Position numbers and translations under genes: made by a program. Positions 30,092 through 39,146 of a stretch of 42,789 nt of DNA are shown one piece after another (within the stretch, counting starts at the first letter, position 1; every line of letters begins with the position of its first letter). Under the pieces are notes generated by a model. It did not search any database. It was not told the origin of the DNA and was given only the letters and a program-made list of their open reading frames with translations. This DNA is from a candidate division WWE3 bacterium RIFCSPHIGHO2_01_FULL_42_13 (GTDB lineage: Bacteria > Patescibacteriota > WWE3 > UBA101185 > UBA10185): positions 1 through 42,789 of the forward strand of contig MEVA01000003.1 of the NCBI GenBank assembly GCA_001772625.1. The letters are read 5' to 3'.

Positions 30092-31804
30092 ATGGAAAGT
30101 TTATTTGTTGAAATTAGTGTAATACTTCTTATTGCGACGGCCCTTTCCGTTTTAATGCGGATTCTCAAACAGCCCCTCATTCTTGGCTACATTATTACCG
30201 GAATTCTTGTTGGCCCTACTGTTTTTAATCTTCTTCGATCATTTGAAACTGTTGAGGCTTTTTCTAAGCTTGGTATTGCCATATTATTATTTATTGTAGG
30301 TCTTGGGCTTAGCCCTAAAATTATTCGTGATGTAGGTAAAGTATCTTTAATTACAGGGCTTGGGCAAATAACCCTTACAACAACTTTTGGTTTTCTGATC
30401 GCTACACTCTTTGGTTACGAAATAGTACCTGCTTTATACATTGCCGTTGCCTTAACTTTTAGTAGCACCATAATTATTCTTAAACTTCTTACCGACAGGG
30501 GCGACACGGAAAAACTTTACGGAAGAATTTCTATTGGCTTTTTGCTGGTTCAGGATTTGGTAGCCACGATAATCTTTTTGGCAATTTCCACTTTTGCGAA
30601 GTCTCCGGGCGCTTTTGATTCGTTGGGGTTCGTTTTTCTTAAGGGTTTGCTTTTGCTCGCGGTTCTCATTTTTGTAAGCGCCAAACTTCTTCCAAAATTA
30701 GGCAACTTTCTCGCAACTTCCGGAGAACTTTTATTTTTGTTTTCTATTGGTTGGGGGTTGGGACTTGCGATCTTGTTTAACTACATTGGCTTTTCACTTG
30801 AAATCGGAGCGCTGCTGGCTGGAATTGCCCTTTCGGCAAGCCCATACAGCCGGGAAATTGGTTCAAAACTTAGGTCTTTGCGGGATTTCTTTTTGATCAT
30901 GTTTTTTGTTTTACTGGGGGCAAGGCTTATGGTTTCCGATATTTTGTCCCTGCTTCCGCAAGTTTTAACATTTTCGCTGTTTGTGTTGGTAGGAAATCCA
31001 TTGATTGTCTTAATCCTCATGGAACTTTTGGGATATAACAAACGGACAAGTTTTATGGCCGGCCTTACGGTTGCGCAAATTAGTGAGTTTTCTCTAATTT
31101 TAATTTTGCTGGGTCTGGAAATAGGACACGTAGACAACGTTATTTTGTCTCTAGTAACTCTAGTTAGCCTTTTAACAATTGCGGGGGCCTCCTACATGAT
31201 AATTTATGCTGACAGGATTTATTCAGGTATAAAAGATTTTATTGGACTATTCGAAAGAAAAAGTACAAGAAAAGAATTTGATATTTTGGGTTCATACGAT
31301 GTAATTTTGTTTGGCTGTAGCAGAGTTGGGTATGATTTTGTGGAGGCGTTTAAAAACTTGGGTCAGGGGTTTTTGTGTGTGGACTATGACCCCAAACTTA
31401 TAAAGCAGTTAACCGATGAGGGTTTGAATTGCAGATATGGAGATGTTGAAGATATTGAATTTCTGGAAGAAGCAAATGTTGTTGAAGCAAAACTTATTAT
31501 TTCGACAATTCCTGATTTTGAAGCAAGTATGTTTCTTTTGGGCGTTATAAAACACAATCCGGACGTAATTGTTGTTATGGTTTCGTACAGTATCGACGAT
31601 GCTCTAAAGCTTTATGAAGCAGGAGCGGATTATGTAATTTTGCCCCATTTTATTGGTGGGCGGGTTATTTCCGAAATGGTAGAAGAGTTTGGGTTTAATG
31701 TGGAGCATTTTGATAAAGAAAAGAAAAAGCACGTTAAGTATCTGCAAAAGCGAAAAGAGCTTGGCCACACCCACCCGGGCAAGATGAATTATTTTGGTTT
31801 ATAA
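30092..31804 (+). CDS. CPA2-family cation:proton antiporter (Kef-type) with a C-terminal RCK/TrkA-N domain
   Basis: 570 aa with about 12 TM helices (QPLILGYIITGILVGP signature), then a Rossmann-like VILFGCSRVGYDF...DYD domain. TGcTAAAAT lies at 30069-30077. Confidence 0.8.
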   Translation: MESLFVEISVILLIATALSVLMRILKQPLILGYIITGILVGPTVFNLLRSFETVEAFSKLGIAILLFIVGLGLSPKIIRDVGKVSLITGLGQITLTTTFGFLIATLFGYEIVPALYIAVALTFSSTIIILKLLTDRGDTEKLYGRISIGFLLVQDLVATIIFLAISTFAKSPGAFDSLGFVFLKGLLLLAVLIFVSAKLLPKLGNFLATSGELLFLFSIGWGLGLAILFNYIGFSLEIGALLAGIALSASPYSREIGSKLRSLRDFFLIMFFVLLGARLMVSDILSLLPQVLTFSLFVLVGNPLIVLILMELLGYNKRTSFMAGLTVAQISEFSLILILLGLEIGHVDNVILSLVTLVSLLTIAGASYMIIYADRIYSGIKDFIGLFERKSTRKEFDILGSYDVILFGCSRVGYDFVEAFKNLGQGFLCVDYDPKLIKQLTDEGLNCRYGDVEDIEFLEEANVVEAKLIISTIPDFEASMFLLGVIKHNPDVIVVMVSYSIDDALKLYEAGADYVILPHFIGGRVISEMVEEFGFNVEHFDKEKKKHVKYLQKRKELGHTHPGKMNYFGL

Positions 31805-31826
31805 TCAGGCGCGTAAGAACGTATAG

Positions 31827-31902
31827 GGGCCGTTAGCTCAGTTGGTAGAGCGCTACATTCGCATTGTAGAGGTCGTGGGTTCGATTCCCACACGGTCCAC
31901 CA
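31827..31902 (+). tRNA. tRNA-Ala (anticodon CGC), CCA encoded
   Basis: Acceptor GGGCCGT/ACGGTCC with the G3:U70 alanine identity pair, anticodon loop TTCGCAT, T-arm GTGGG-TTCGATT-CCCAC. Confidence 0.88.
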
Positions 31903-31951
31903 TAAACTGCTTGCATCGTGTGCCAATGTGGTAGAATTTACTTATTAGATT

Positions 31952-32299
31952 ATGAAACTACACTTCAAAAACACTACTCTCATTCTTGTGTTTGTGCTTG
32001 TCGCCAGCTTTTTGTCTGTCATGCTTGTTTCTTCCGATTTAAACCGAACTAATGGTACGTCTAACGGTACACCAACTGCAGGTGGTTGCGTTCCTGGTGG
32101 CTGTAGCGGTCAGTTATGTGTAGATGAGAACGAAGCTTCCAATATTGTTACAACCTGTGAATATAGCGAGTCATATGCCTGCTACAAATCCGCCTCTTGT
32201 GAAAGACAGACGGGTGGTGAGTGCGGTTGGACAATGACAGAGGAGCTGCAGTCTTGTTTGGATAGCTCAGATGATAGCGAAGAAGTCCTTTTTTTCTAA
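31952..32299 (+). CDS. Small secreted eight-cysteine protein
   Basis: 115 aa with an N-terminal signal/anchor LILVFVLVASFLSVMLVSS. The domain GGCVPGGCSGQLCVDENEASNIVTTCEYSESYACYKSASCERQTGGECGWTMTEELQSCL holds exactly 8 Cys. The tail is acidic. Confidence 0.6.
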   Translation: MKLHFKNTTLILVFVLVASFLSVMLVSSDLNRTNGTSNGTPTAGGCVPGGCSGQLCVDENEASNIVTTCEYSESYACYKSASCERQTGGECGWTMTEELQSCLDSSDDSEEVLFF

Positions 32300-32303
32300 A
32301 ACC

Positions 32304-32681
32304 TTAAGATAAGCTAAACTTTTCCTGAATTTCGAAAACATATTGGTCGTCTAGGGCAAGTTTGCCCAAAATTTCGTGCGAAGGTCTCCAGCGATAATTT
32401 TCTATATCAATGTTAAGCCTTTTCGTAACCTGCACCCCTTCTTTTTCCAGAAATTCTTTTTGCATGTTCGCGTCGTGCTCCAAACATTTTGTGCTAATTC
32501 TTCCCGCGTTATTTATTACCCGCCACCAAGGAGTTTCATCACCAAATTGATGCAAGATCCAACCTACTTGCCTTGCGCCCCGTGGAACTCCCGCCATTAA
32601 GGCAACTTGGCCGTAACTTACGACTTTTCCTTTTGGAATTAGGTTTGTTATTTCAATAACTTTGTCTGTAAAGGCCGACAT
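32304..32681 (-). CDS. Alkyltransferase-like (ATL) protein: MGMT DNA-binding domain without the catalytic Cys
   Basis: VVSYGQVALMAGVPRGARQVGWIL...PWWRVINNAGRIS. Trp replaces Cys of the PCHRV active-site motif (PWWRV at 32517-32531). Overall it resembles E. coli YbaZ-type ATLs. Confidence 0.75.
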   Translation of the reverse strand: MSAFTDKVIEITNLIPKGKVVSYGQVALMAGVPRGARQVGWILHQFGDETPWWRVINNAGRISTKCLEHDANMQKEFLEKEGVQVTKRLNIDIENYRWRPSHEILGKLALDDQYVFEIQEKFSLS

Positions 32682-32736
32682 GCTAGGCTATAATACCAAA
32701 CTTGTGCCGATAATAGGTTGATGTTATCGTAATGTT

Positions 32737-33543
32737 ATGACTGTCGCAAATTCTTCAGAATCTTTAGTAGAAAAACCAGGAGAAGGTGTTGCCGAGGTTT
32801 CCGGTGAGATAAAAGTAGAGCGCTCAGACTCAACAGAGTCCAAATTAGCAGAGGTTCAGCCCGAAAAGGTACGAGGTGCAGTTTTTGAGGTGCTCGATAG
32901 ATTTGAGGGTGTTTTAGGTAAAGAGCTTCTTGCGGATCTCTCCGAAAACTTGAATGACAGAGAAGGTTATTCTGAAACGGATCCATATATCTCTGAGAGT
33001 AGTGGAGACAAGAGAAAGTCCGTTACAACATATGAGCAACACACTTGGGGTAAAAGAGTAGTTACGGCTTATGCCGACGGTAGCACCGAGGTAATTTTTG
33101 AGCAGGCAAACCCCATGGATAATCCTATGCGTAGAATCGAGCTTACTTACGATGCTCGTGCGGATTTGTTGAGACAGCGGGCTAGTGGGGTAGCTGGTTT
33201 TATACACGATTTTCGGTTACCATCACACCCTGAATTATTTGATTTGGTAGATAAAATGCCTAGAAGTGCACACTTTTCGTCAGAGATGATCATGACCCAT
33301 GCAAGCGATCCAGAAAATAGAGATGTGCGGGGAAACTGCACAGCCTCATACGAGCGCTATGTAAGAGATGATGGTACTAGAGAGGGGTATGATACAGCTG
33401 TAGTTCAGCTCACTGAGGATGGGAAAGTACTATCCGGCAGAGAAGTTTTGCGTGGAGTTGCTTTGGGGCGATTGCCTGAGATGCAGGAAGTTAAGCCGGG
33501 TCAGGAAGAGCCGGCCCCTCGATTTACCGCAGTTGGTCTTTAA
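32737..33543 (+). CDS. Hypothetical acidic soluble protein
   Basis: 268-aa ORF with no TM and no motif I recognise. Confidence 0.4.
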   Translation: MTVANSSESLVEKPGEGVAEVSGEIKVERSDSTESKLAEVQPEKVRGAVFEVLDRFEGVLGKELLADLSENLNDREGYSETDPYISESSGDKRKSVTTYEQHTWGKRVVTAYADGSTEVIFEQANPMDNPMRRIELTYDARADLLRQRASGVAGFIHDFRLPSHPELFDLVDKMPRSAHFSSEMIMTHASDPENRDVRGNCTASYERYVRDDGTREGYDTAVVQLTEDGKVLSGREVLRGVALGRLPEMQEVKPGQEEPAPRFTAVGL

Positions 33544-33607
33544 ACTAACCTTTAGTTACCAAAAGATAATTTCTATATTTATACATATATTATAATTAGG
33601 TAGTTTT

Positions 33608-33695
33608 GGAGGGGTGCAGGAGTGGTCTATCTGGCTAGTCTCGAAAACTATGCGCTCGCAAGGGTACGTGGGTTCGAATCCCACCCCCTCCGCCA
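33608..33695 (+). tRNA. tRNA-Ser (anticodon CGA), CCA encoded
   Basis: Acceptor GGAGGGG/CCCCTCC, anticodon loop CTCGAAA, long variable arm, T-arm GTGGG-TTCGAAT-CCCAC. A TATAAT lies about 11 nt upstream. Confidence 0.85.
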
Positions 33696-33722
33696 ACAGA
33701 TTTTGTTACAATAGAAAGTAAT

Positions 33723-34067
33723 ATGGCAGTTCCATTTTCAAGATTTAGAGAAGCTGACGGTTTGGTTTTTGCTGCAGGGCAAATTCATATAAATGAAAAA
33801 TTAGAGTTAGTTGGAGAAACAACTGAAGAGAAAGTTCATCAGTGTATGAAGAACGTTGAGAAAATTCTGTCTGAAGCTGGGCTAGAGCTATCCGATGTGG
33901 TAAACACCACAATTTACCTTACAGATATGTCTGACTACCCTGCTCTAAATGAAGTTTATGGAACTTATTTCTCAGCACCCTACCCAGCTCGAACAGCCGT
34001 TTGTGTTAAGGAGCTCCCCCTTGGAGCAAGTATTGAGATAGCTGTTGTCGCGGCTAAAAAGTCATAA
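33723..34067 (+). CDS. ridA: RidA/YjgF-family reactive-intermediate deaminase
   Basis: 114 aa. GLVFAAGQI...TTIYLTDMSDYPALNEVYGTYF...PARTAVCVKELPLGASIEI is the RidA signature. TGtTACAAT (33704-33712) lies 10 nt upstream. Confidence 0.82.
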   Translation: MAVPFSRFREADGLVFAAGQIHINEKLELVGETTEEKVHQCMKNVEKILSEAGLELSDVVNTTIYLTDMSDYPALNEVYGTYFSAPYPARTAVCVKELPLGASIEIAVVAAKKS

Positions 34068-34068
34068 A

Positions 34069-35049
34069 ATGAAGGTCAAAATCCCCGATTTAAAAAAATT
34101 GCTGGCCACCAAGTTTGTATCTTCCTATTACACTGTTGAACAGGCAGAGCAGATGGCCGAAGTTCTAATGTACGCGGAGCTCTCGGGCAAAAATACCCAA
34201 GGAGTAATGAAACTCATTGGTAGCGAGCCAATGCAAAATGTTAAGCCAAAACATGCGCCGAAAATAGTAAAAGAAACTAAATTATCAGCTCTAATTGATG
34301 GTGGTGGAAATGCAGCACCTCTGGTATGCCAGATGGCGACAGAGATAGTTATAAAGAAATGTAAGGAAAATGGTTTAGCAATTGTTGGCACAAACAATAC
34401 CTTTGCATCTTCTGGAGCGATTGGTTTTTACGCAAACAAAATGGCAATGAATGACCAAATTGGTTTAGTGTTTGCTGGATCACCGGGCGGCGTTTCGCCA
34501 TATGGAGGGATAGAGCCTTTGTTTGGCACCAACCCAATAGCTTTTGGCTTTCCTACAATGGACGAGCCTTTAATCTTTGATTTCGCCACATCGGCAATCA
34601 CTTGGTACGGATTAGTGAGAGCCAAGTCTTTAGGCGAAAAACTACCTGAAGGACTTGCGATTGATAGTGATGGGAATCTAACAACTGATCCAGAAAAGGC
34701 GATGAAGGGAGGCGCCATACTACCTTTTGCGAAAGACTATAAAAGCTCGGGCTTGTCTTTCATGGTCGAAATACTAACAGGGCCTTTGGTTGGTGGAACA
34801 TTTGCAACTCCAGACGGTAGTGGTGACTGGAGCAACCTTTTTATCGCTATTGATCCAAACCAATTGGTTGGTACGGAGGAGTTTAAAAAGAAATGCTCGG
34901 AATTAATAAACATCGTTAAAAACTCAAGAAAGCAAAAAGGTTTTGATGAGATTTTGGTTCCGGGAGAAAAATCTTTTAGGATTAGGAAAGAAAATGAACA
35001 AAAAGGAGAGATTGAGATAGACGACAAGATAATGGGCGAATTGAATTAA
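34069..35049 (+). CDS. Ldh_2-family (malate/L-lactate/sulfolactate-type) dehydrogenase
   Basis: 326 aa from MKVKIPDLKKLL. GVMKLIG..., GTNNTFASSGAIGFYA, and GIEPLFGTNPIAFGFP are typical Ldh_2 motifs. It starts 1 nt after the ridA stop. Confidence 0.72.
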   Translation: MKVKIPDLKKLLATKFVSSYYTVEQAEQMAEVLMYAELSGKNTQGVMKLIGSEPMQNVKPKHAPKIVKETKLSALIDGGGNAAPLVCQMATEIVIKKCKENGLAIVGTNNTFASSGAIGFYANKMAMNDQIGLVFAGSPGGVSPYGGIEPLFGTNPIAFGFPTMDEPLIFDFATSAITWYGLVRAKSLGEKLPEGLAIDSDGNLTTDPEKAMKGGAILPFAKDYKSSGLSFMVEILTGPLVGGTFATPDGSGDWSNLFIAIDPNQLVGTEEFKKKCSELINIVKNSRKQKGFDEILVPGEKSFRIRKENEQKGEIEIDDKIMGELN

Positions 35050-35059
35050 GTAATACTAT

Positions 35060-35638
35060 ATGCCGGCACGTACAAATCAAAAGAAAGATGTTTCAATCGA
35101 ATACGCCCACATTTATACAAATAATAAAATCGGAGACGAAGAAAAGCTTTCGCTTGAGATTTTAGGGAATTTACAAAAAGAATTGGATAGCAAGAATTTA
35201 TCGGCCACTTTGTTAATACTCATTGACGATTATTCTTTCCCAGACCCCACCTTCGACTATGGCGCTCTAATCGCTTGGTGGACTGGAAAAGGGTTTAAGC
35301 CGGATTTAGTACTTAGAGAATCGCAACTCATACCTCTATGCGACGAAGTAATCAGCAAACTTCGAGACAACAAGATAAAAGAACAGTTAGTGGATTATAT
35401 AAAGTCTAAGAAATATCCGTGTTCCTTATTTATCGCGGCTTGGTATTTACTTCGACTTGGCCACTTAAAGCATGATTCGTTCAGTGAAGATTTATATGCA
35501 AAAAGGCTGATAAACATATTACCCGAAAGTTTCAAGCCCTTCGAAGACAAGGCCTTGGAAATAATGGCTGCCTCTGAGTTTTCCGGAGCTGAGAAGCTAG
35601 TTGAATACTCGTTTATTCACGGAAGATTAGTTGCTTAG
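35060..35638 (+). CDS. Hypothetical soluble protein
   Basis: 192-aa ORF with no recognisable motif. Confidence 0.4.
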   Translation: MPARTNQKKDVSIEYAHIYTNNKIGDEEKLSLEILGNLQKELDSKNLSATLLILIDDYSFPDPTFDYGALIAWWTGKGFKPDLVLRESQLIPLCDEVISKLRDNKIKEQLVDYIKSKKYPCSLFIAAWYLLRLGHLKHDSFSEDLYAKRLINILPESFKPFEDKALEIMAASEFSGAEKLVEYSFIHGRLVA

Positions 35639-35696
35639 GCAGTAAAATAGCAGTATGGAATTTAAGCCAAGATTTACATCTATTCGCAATTCCCAC

Positions 35697-35702
35697 TATA
35701 AT
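35697..35702 (+). promoter_or_regulatory. -10 box (TATAAT) 6 nt upstream of ATG 35709
   Basis: cacTATAATcaacacATG. This argues for the 35709 start rather than 35655. Confidence 0.45.
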
Positions 35703-35708
35703 CAACAC

Positions 35709-36431
35709 ATGAATACAAAAGGGTTTGCCAACGTAATAATCATTGCTTTGGTTGTTCTTTTTATTGGCGCGGTCGGCACGGTTGGGTATCTTCTAACTCT
35801 GAAGGAGGACCCTCTCGGACCCCCTATAAATTTTAACTCTATAACAGTTCCCCTAGGATCTAACTTTACCCTTGAAAAAGGCCAGACCGCCAAGATAGGA
35901 AATACTGGTTTGGAAGTTACGATTGTTGGGTTTGCAAATTCCGGCTGTCCCTCTGGAGCCGAGTGTTTCTGGTCCGGCCAAGGCATTGAGTTTGAATATC
36001 GCTTTAACGGGGAGGTTGAGAGGGGCATGGATCTTGTTCAGGCCTTTGGGTTTGAGGTTACGGTGGTAGAAAGTGATTACGAAACTTACGCCAGCCTTGT
36101 TGTTGAGAGGACGCTTTGGAATGAAGAAGCAGACAATTGCGGTCTCGACAACGTTTCAAGCTTCACCTCAGTTGGTTTACAGGAACTTGGAGAGGGTCCG
36201 GGTGGCAATGTAAACATGGGATTTTGGAGTTTAACTTTTGAGAACGGAACCTTTAGCTGGATACATTCCGATTATGGTGAAAACGGGACTTATACCTGCG
36301 ATAACGGTGTTATACAAGCTCAAATTAGTTATGGCGGCGAAATGACTCCAATCCGTTCTATAACAGCTAGTTACAATGAAACTAGTGGAATTTTAACGTG
36401 GGAAGGTGTTGACTACGCGAATATTAAATAG
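35709..36431 (+). CDS. Membrane-anchored/secreted hypothetical protein
   Basis: 240 aa from MNTKGFANVIIIALVVLFIGAVGTVGYLL (signal anchor). The ectodomain contains Cys pairs. Confidence 0.5.
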   Translation: MNTKGFANVIIIALVVLFIGAVGTVGYLLTLKEDPLGPPINFNSITVPLGSNFTLEKGQTAKIGNTGLEVTIVGFANSGCPSGAECFWSGQGIEFEYRFNGEVERGMDLVQAFGFEVTVVESDYETYASLVVERTLWNEEADNCGLDNVSSFTSVGLQELGEGPGGNVNMGFWSLTFENGTFSWIHSDYGENGTYTCDNGVIQAQISYGGEMTPIRSITASYNETSGILTWEGVDYANIK

Positions 36432-36442
36432 GGGTTTATAAG

Positions 36443-36727
36443 ATGCGGTTTCCCAAGCTTCACAAGAAACACGAACAGTTTTTAGCCCCAACACGTTCTA
36501 AACTTCTTTTGGCAACGGCGCTTTTTGTTTTTACCGCAGTTATCTCACCATTAATTTATAGATACTTAATATTAAACGCGCATTTAACAGGCCTTCCGCT
36601 CCCATTCTTTTTTCGAGGAACTAATTTCGCTACGTTTTTTTGGATTTATCTAGCCGTTGATTTAGTTTTTTGGTATTTGATGGCCTGCGTTTTGACCCAT
36701 TTGGGCAAGGTTATTAAAAAGGGTTAA
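36443..36727 (+). CDS. Small membrane protein
   Basis: 94 aa with 2-3 TM helices. Confidence 0.4.
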   Translation: MRFPKLHKKHEQFLAPTRSKLLLATALFVFTAVISPLIYRYLILNAHLTGLPLPFFFRGTNFATFFWIYLAVDLVFWYLMACVLTHLGKVIKKG

Positions 36728-36736
36728 TCTAAACGG

Positions 36737-37813
36737 TTAAACGAACTTTTTTAGTTCATCGTCCTCTTCAAGTTTTTTAATAAGATCGCTTATTTCAAGT
36801 ACATTGTCTTTGTGAACAACAATAAGCGCGTCTTCCGTGTTCACCACAACCATATTTTTCAGTCCAATTGTTGCCAAAACTTTATTCTTCTCTTCGTTTA
36901 TTAGGAGCGAATCTGTTGTATTTAAATCGTAGACCATGCCGCTATTAAAATTTTTCCCTCCGTTGCCGACCAACGCTTCTTTTAACGCGTACAGGCTTCC
37001 GGGGTCGGACCAGCCCATGTTTGCAACCAAGACAACAGCCTGCTCGGCCGGAACTTTTTCTACAATGGCGTTATCAAAATGAATTGGCTCAAGTGTTGGA
37101 TAAATTTTTCTTAAGACATGGGCTTCTTCTGTGGTCCCAACCGCTTTTTGTATTTGCATAAGTTTCTTATACATTCCAGGCATATGTTTTTTGTAAAGTC
37201 CCACAACAAAGTCCAAATCAACAATCCAGTAACCAGGATTCCAAACCCACTCACCCGACTTAAACATCTTTTTACACTTTTCGAGAGGTGGTTTGTAATA
37301 CCACTCCACATATTTATATAGATCTTGGGAAATTTGTTTACCTATATGAATCCACCCCAGGTTATTTTCTGCATATCTTGGTTTTTCACCTACAAACACT
37401 AACTGTTTTGGGTTTTCTTTAATTAACTTTTCGCCGCTTTTTAAGACAGAGACGAAGTTTTTAGGATTTTTCATTAAATGGTCTGACCAAAGTATTGCAA
37501 CAGAACCAGAGTACCCAAGTTTTTGCAGGCGAATTAGGTTATAGCCAATTGCTGCGGCTACATCGCGCCTTTCAGGTTCGCCAACAATGTTTGCGGTGGG
37601 AATTTGCGGAATCTGATCTTTAACAAGCGAAGTGTACTTTTCGTTGGTGCTGATGTAAATATTTTCTATACCAAAGGTTTTTTCGACTCTTTCTACGGCA
37701 AGTTGAAGCGTGGACTTTCCATCAAAGATTCTTTTGAATTGCTTCGGAATGATTTTTCGTGAAAGGGGCCAAAATCGAGTACCAGAACCGCCGGCAAATA
37801 TTACGATTTTCAT
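36737..37813 (-). CDS. Sugar-phosphate nucleotidyltransferase (mannose-1-phosphate guanylyltransferase-like)
   Basis: 358 aa from MKIVIFAGGSGTRFWPLSRKIIPKQF (the GGxGTRxxPLS signature). The 82-codon upstream extension of the ORF is antisense to a tRNA and is rejected. Confidence 0.8.
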   Translation of the reverse strand: MKIVIFAGGSGTRFWPLSRKIIPKQFKRIFDGKSTLQLAVERVEKTFGIENIYISTNEKYTSLVKDQIPQIPTANIVGEPERRDVAAAIGYNLIRLQKLGYSGSVAILWSDHLMKNPKNFVSVLKSGEKLIKENPKQLVFVGEKPRYAENNLGWIHIGKQISQDLYKYVEWYYKPPLEKCKKMFKSGEWVWNPGYWIVDLDFVVGLYKKHMPGMYKKLMQIQKAVGTTEEAHVLRKIYPTLEPIHFDNAIVEKVPAEQAVVLVANMGWSDPGSLYALKEALVGNGGKNFNSGMVYDLNTTDSLLINEEKNKVLATIGLKNMVVVNTEDALIVVHKDNVLEISDLIKKLEEDDELKKFV

Positions 37814-37819
37814 GCGGTT

Positions 37820-37828
37820 ATGATACCA
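37820..37828 (-). promoter_or_regulatory. Extended -10 (TGgTATCAT) 6 nt upstream of ATG 37813
   Basis: Minus strand reads agTGgTATCATaaccgcATG. Confidence 0.45.
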
Positions 37829-37833
37829 CTTTG

Positions 37834-37842
37834 TGTTAGAAT
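37834..37842 (+). promoter_or_regulatory. Extended -10 (TGtTAGAAT) for tRNA-Ser(GGA)
   Basis: Ends 23 nt before the tRNA 5' end. It sits back-to-back with the minus-strand promoter, 5 nt away. Confidence 0.4.
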
Positions 37843-37865
37843 TTGCCTGTCTTGACGCGTATCTT

Positions 37866-37955
37866 GGAGGGATGCGAAAGTGGTCTAATCGGCTCGCTTG
37901 GAAAGCGATGCGCTCCGCAAGGGGCACGGGGGTTCGAATCCCCCTCCCTCCGCCA
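37866..37955 (+). tRNA. tRNA-Ser (anticodon GGA), CCA encoded
   Basis: Acceptor GGAGGGA/TCCCTCC, anticodon loop TTGGAAA, long variable arm, T-arm GGGGG-TTCGAAT-CCCCC. Confidence 0.85.
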
Positions 37956-37956
37956 A

Positions 37957-39093
37957 TTACGTGTTTAGTGCTTTTACCAAAAGACCCGAAGACCAAGCAA
38001 AGGGTTTTTCGGCTGTGTATAGAGCTCCTTGCATAGGCCTGCCGTCCCTTTCGTAACATTCATGTATAATCCCGTCCTCAACTACCTTTTGTGCTATCCG
38101 GCTTGCAAAGATATCAAACTCATCGCTATTACCAACAGCCTTTAACGCCTCAAGATAAGCTGTAGCTGGCTGTAGCCATAAAAGGCTCATGTTCTGATAC
38201 CCCGACATTCCCGTTAAGTGAGCGAGCATGCCGATTCGCCACCATGGGTACTTTGGTGCGTTTGTTTCGATCGTAAACAGCATTCTATATTTTTTAACCT
38301 CGTTGATGATTGAATTGCTCTCGCTATTAGTGGTCAGTCCCCAAGCAATTGCGAACAAGTTACCAAACGGATACATATAATCTTGTCTTTTGTAATCGTG
38401 CCAGTCTGAAAAGAATTTACCATTCCATAAACGTTTTCTTAATGCCACGGCAATGTCCGACTGTTTCTTTTCAAACTCTTTCCACCTGACGTTTTTGATA
38501 CTTCTATAGTAATTCGTAAGTTCCACATACATTTTCCAGTAGATGACATTTGAATATAGAAGATTTCCCAACTTGTAGGCCACGTCGTTCCACTCGCACA
38601 TAAAACCATCCCAAAGTAGGCCATGTTTCTCCTTCAGGGTTAGGTAATTTAAAGCCTTTTCAACTTGTGTCAGGTGATTTTTTGCTTTTTCCCACCCGCT
38701 TTGGCCAAGGAGGGCTAAAAATAGGAGAGTTAGAGTTGTTCCGTCTAGCACTTCGGGGCCGAAGTCTCGTAATCGGTAGGTTGGCTTTGGAGTTTTGTAG
38801 AATTTTGGGTGGCCAAAGTATTTCCCGAGTGTTACGGGCCCACGCATGATTCGGTAGGGTATGAGACCGCTGTTTTTTTGGAAATTTAGAAACATACCAA
38901 CCATTTTTTGTGCTATTTCCTTGTCCCCTAGTGCCAAAGAGCCAAAGGCAGCAAAGTATCCGTCTCGTGCCCAATAGTCTGTAAAGTGGTGATTTCCTGC
39001 CACGATACCATTTTCTTTATAACATGAGCGAAGATCCTTCTGTGCTATTAAGCGGGCCTCTTCCATAATTTCAGTTTCGAAATGCCCCATCAA
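37957..39093 (-). CDS. Glycogen-debranching-enzyme-like (amylo-alpha-1,6-glucosidase, six-hairpin glycosidase) protein
   Basis: 378 aa. HHFTDYWARDGYFAAFGSLALGD and downstream W/Y-rich (alpha/alpha)6-type motifs resemble GDE C-terminal domains. Confidence 0.6.
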   Translation of the reverse strand: MMGHFETEIMEEARLIAQKDLRSCYKENGIVAGNHHFTDYWARDGYFAAFGSLALGDKEIAQKMVGMFLNFQKNSGLIPYRIMRGPVTLGKYFGHPKFYKTPKPTYRLRDFGPEVLDGTTLTLLFLALLGQSGWEKAKNHLTQVEKALNYLTLKEKHGLLWDGFMCEWNDVAYKLGNLLYSNVIYWKMYVELTNYYRSIKNVRWKEFEKKQSDIAVALRKRLWNGKFFSDWHDYKRQDYMYPFGNLFAIAWGLTTNSESNSIINEVKKYRMLFTIETNAPKYPWWRIGMLAHLTGMSGYQNMSLLWLQPATAYLEALKAVGNSDEFDIFASRIAQKVVEDGIIHECYERDGRPMQGALYTAEKPFAWSSGLLVKALNT

Positions 39094-39146
39094 ATTATAT
39101 TAACATAGCTTTGCTTTTGGTATTTCTTCGTGCTATACAGTCATAA

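Noticed and set aside
35655-35708. Longer start (MEFKPRFTSIRNSHYNQH) for the 258-aa ORF
   Set aside because: A consensus TATAAT lies inside this extension, exactly 6 nt before ATG 35709. The protein from 35709 begins with a normal signal anchor.
37814-38059. 82-codon N-terminal extension of the nucleotidyltransferase ORF, and the plus-strand ORF 37833-38036
   Set aside because: The extension reads antisense through tRNA-Ser(GGA), and the plus ORF reads through it in sense. The conserved MKIVIFAGGSGTRFWPLS start at 37813 has a correctly spaced promoter.
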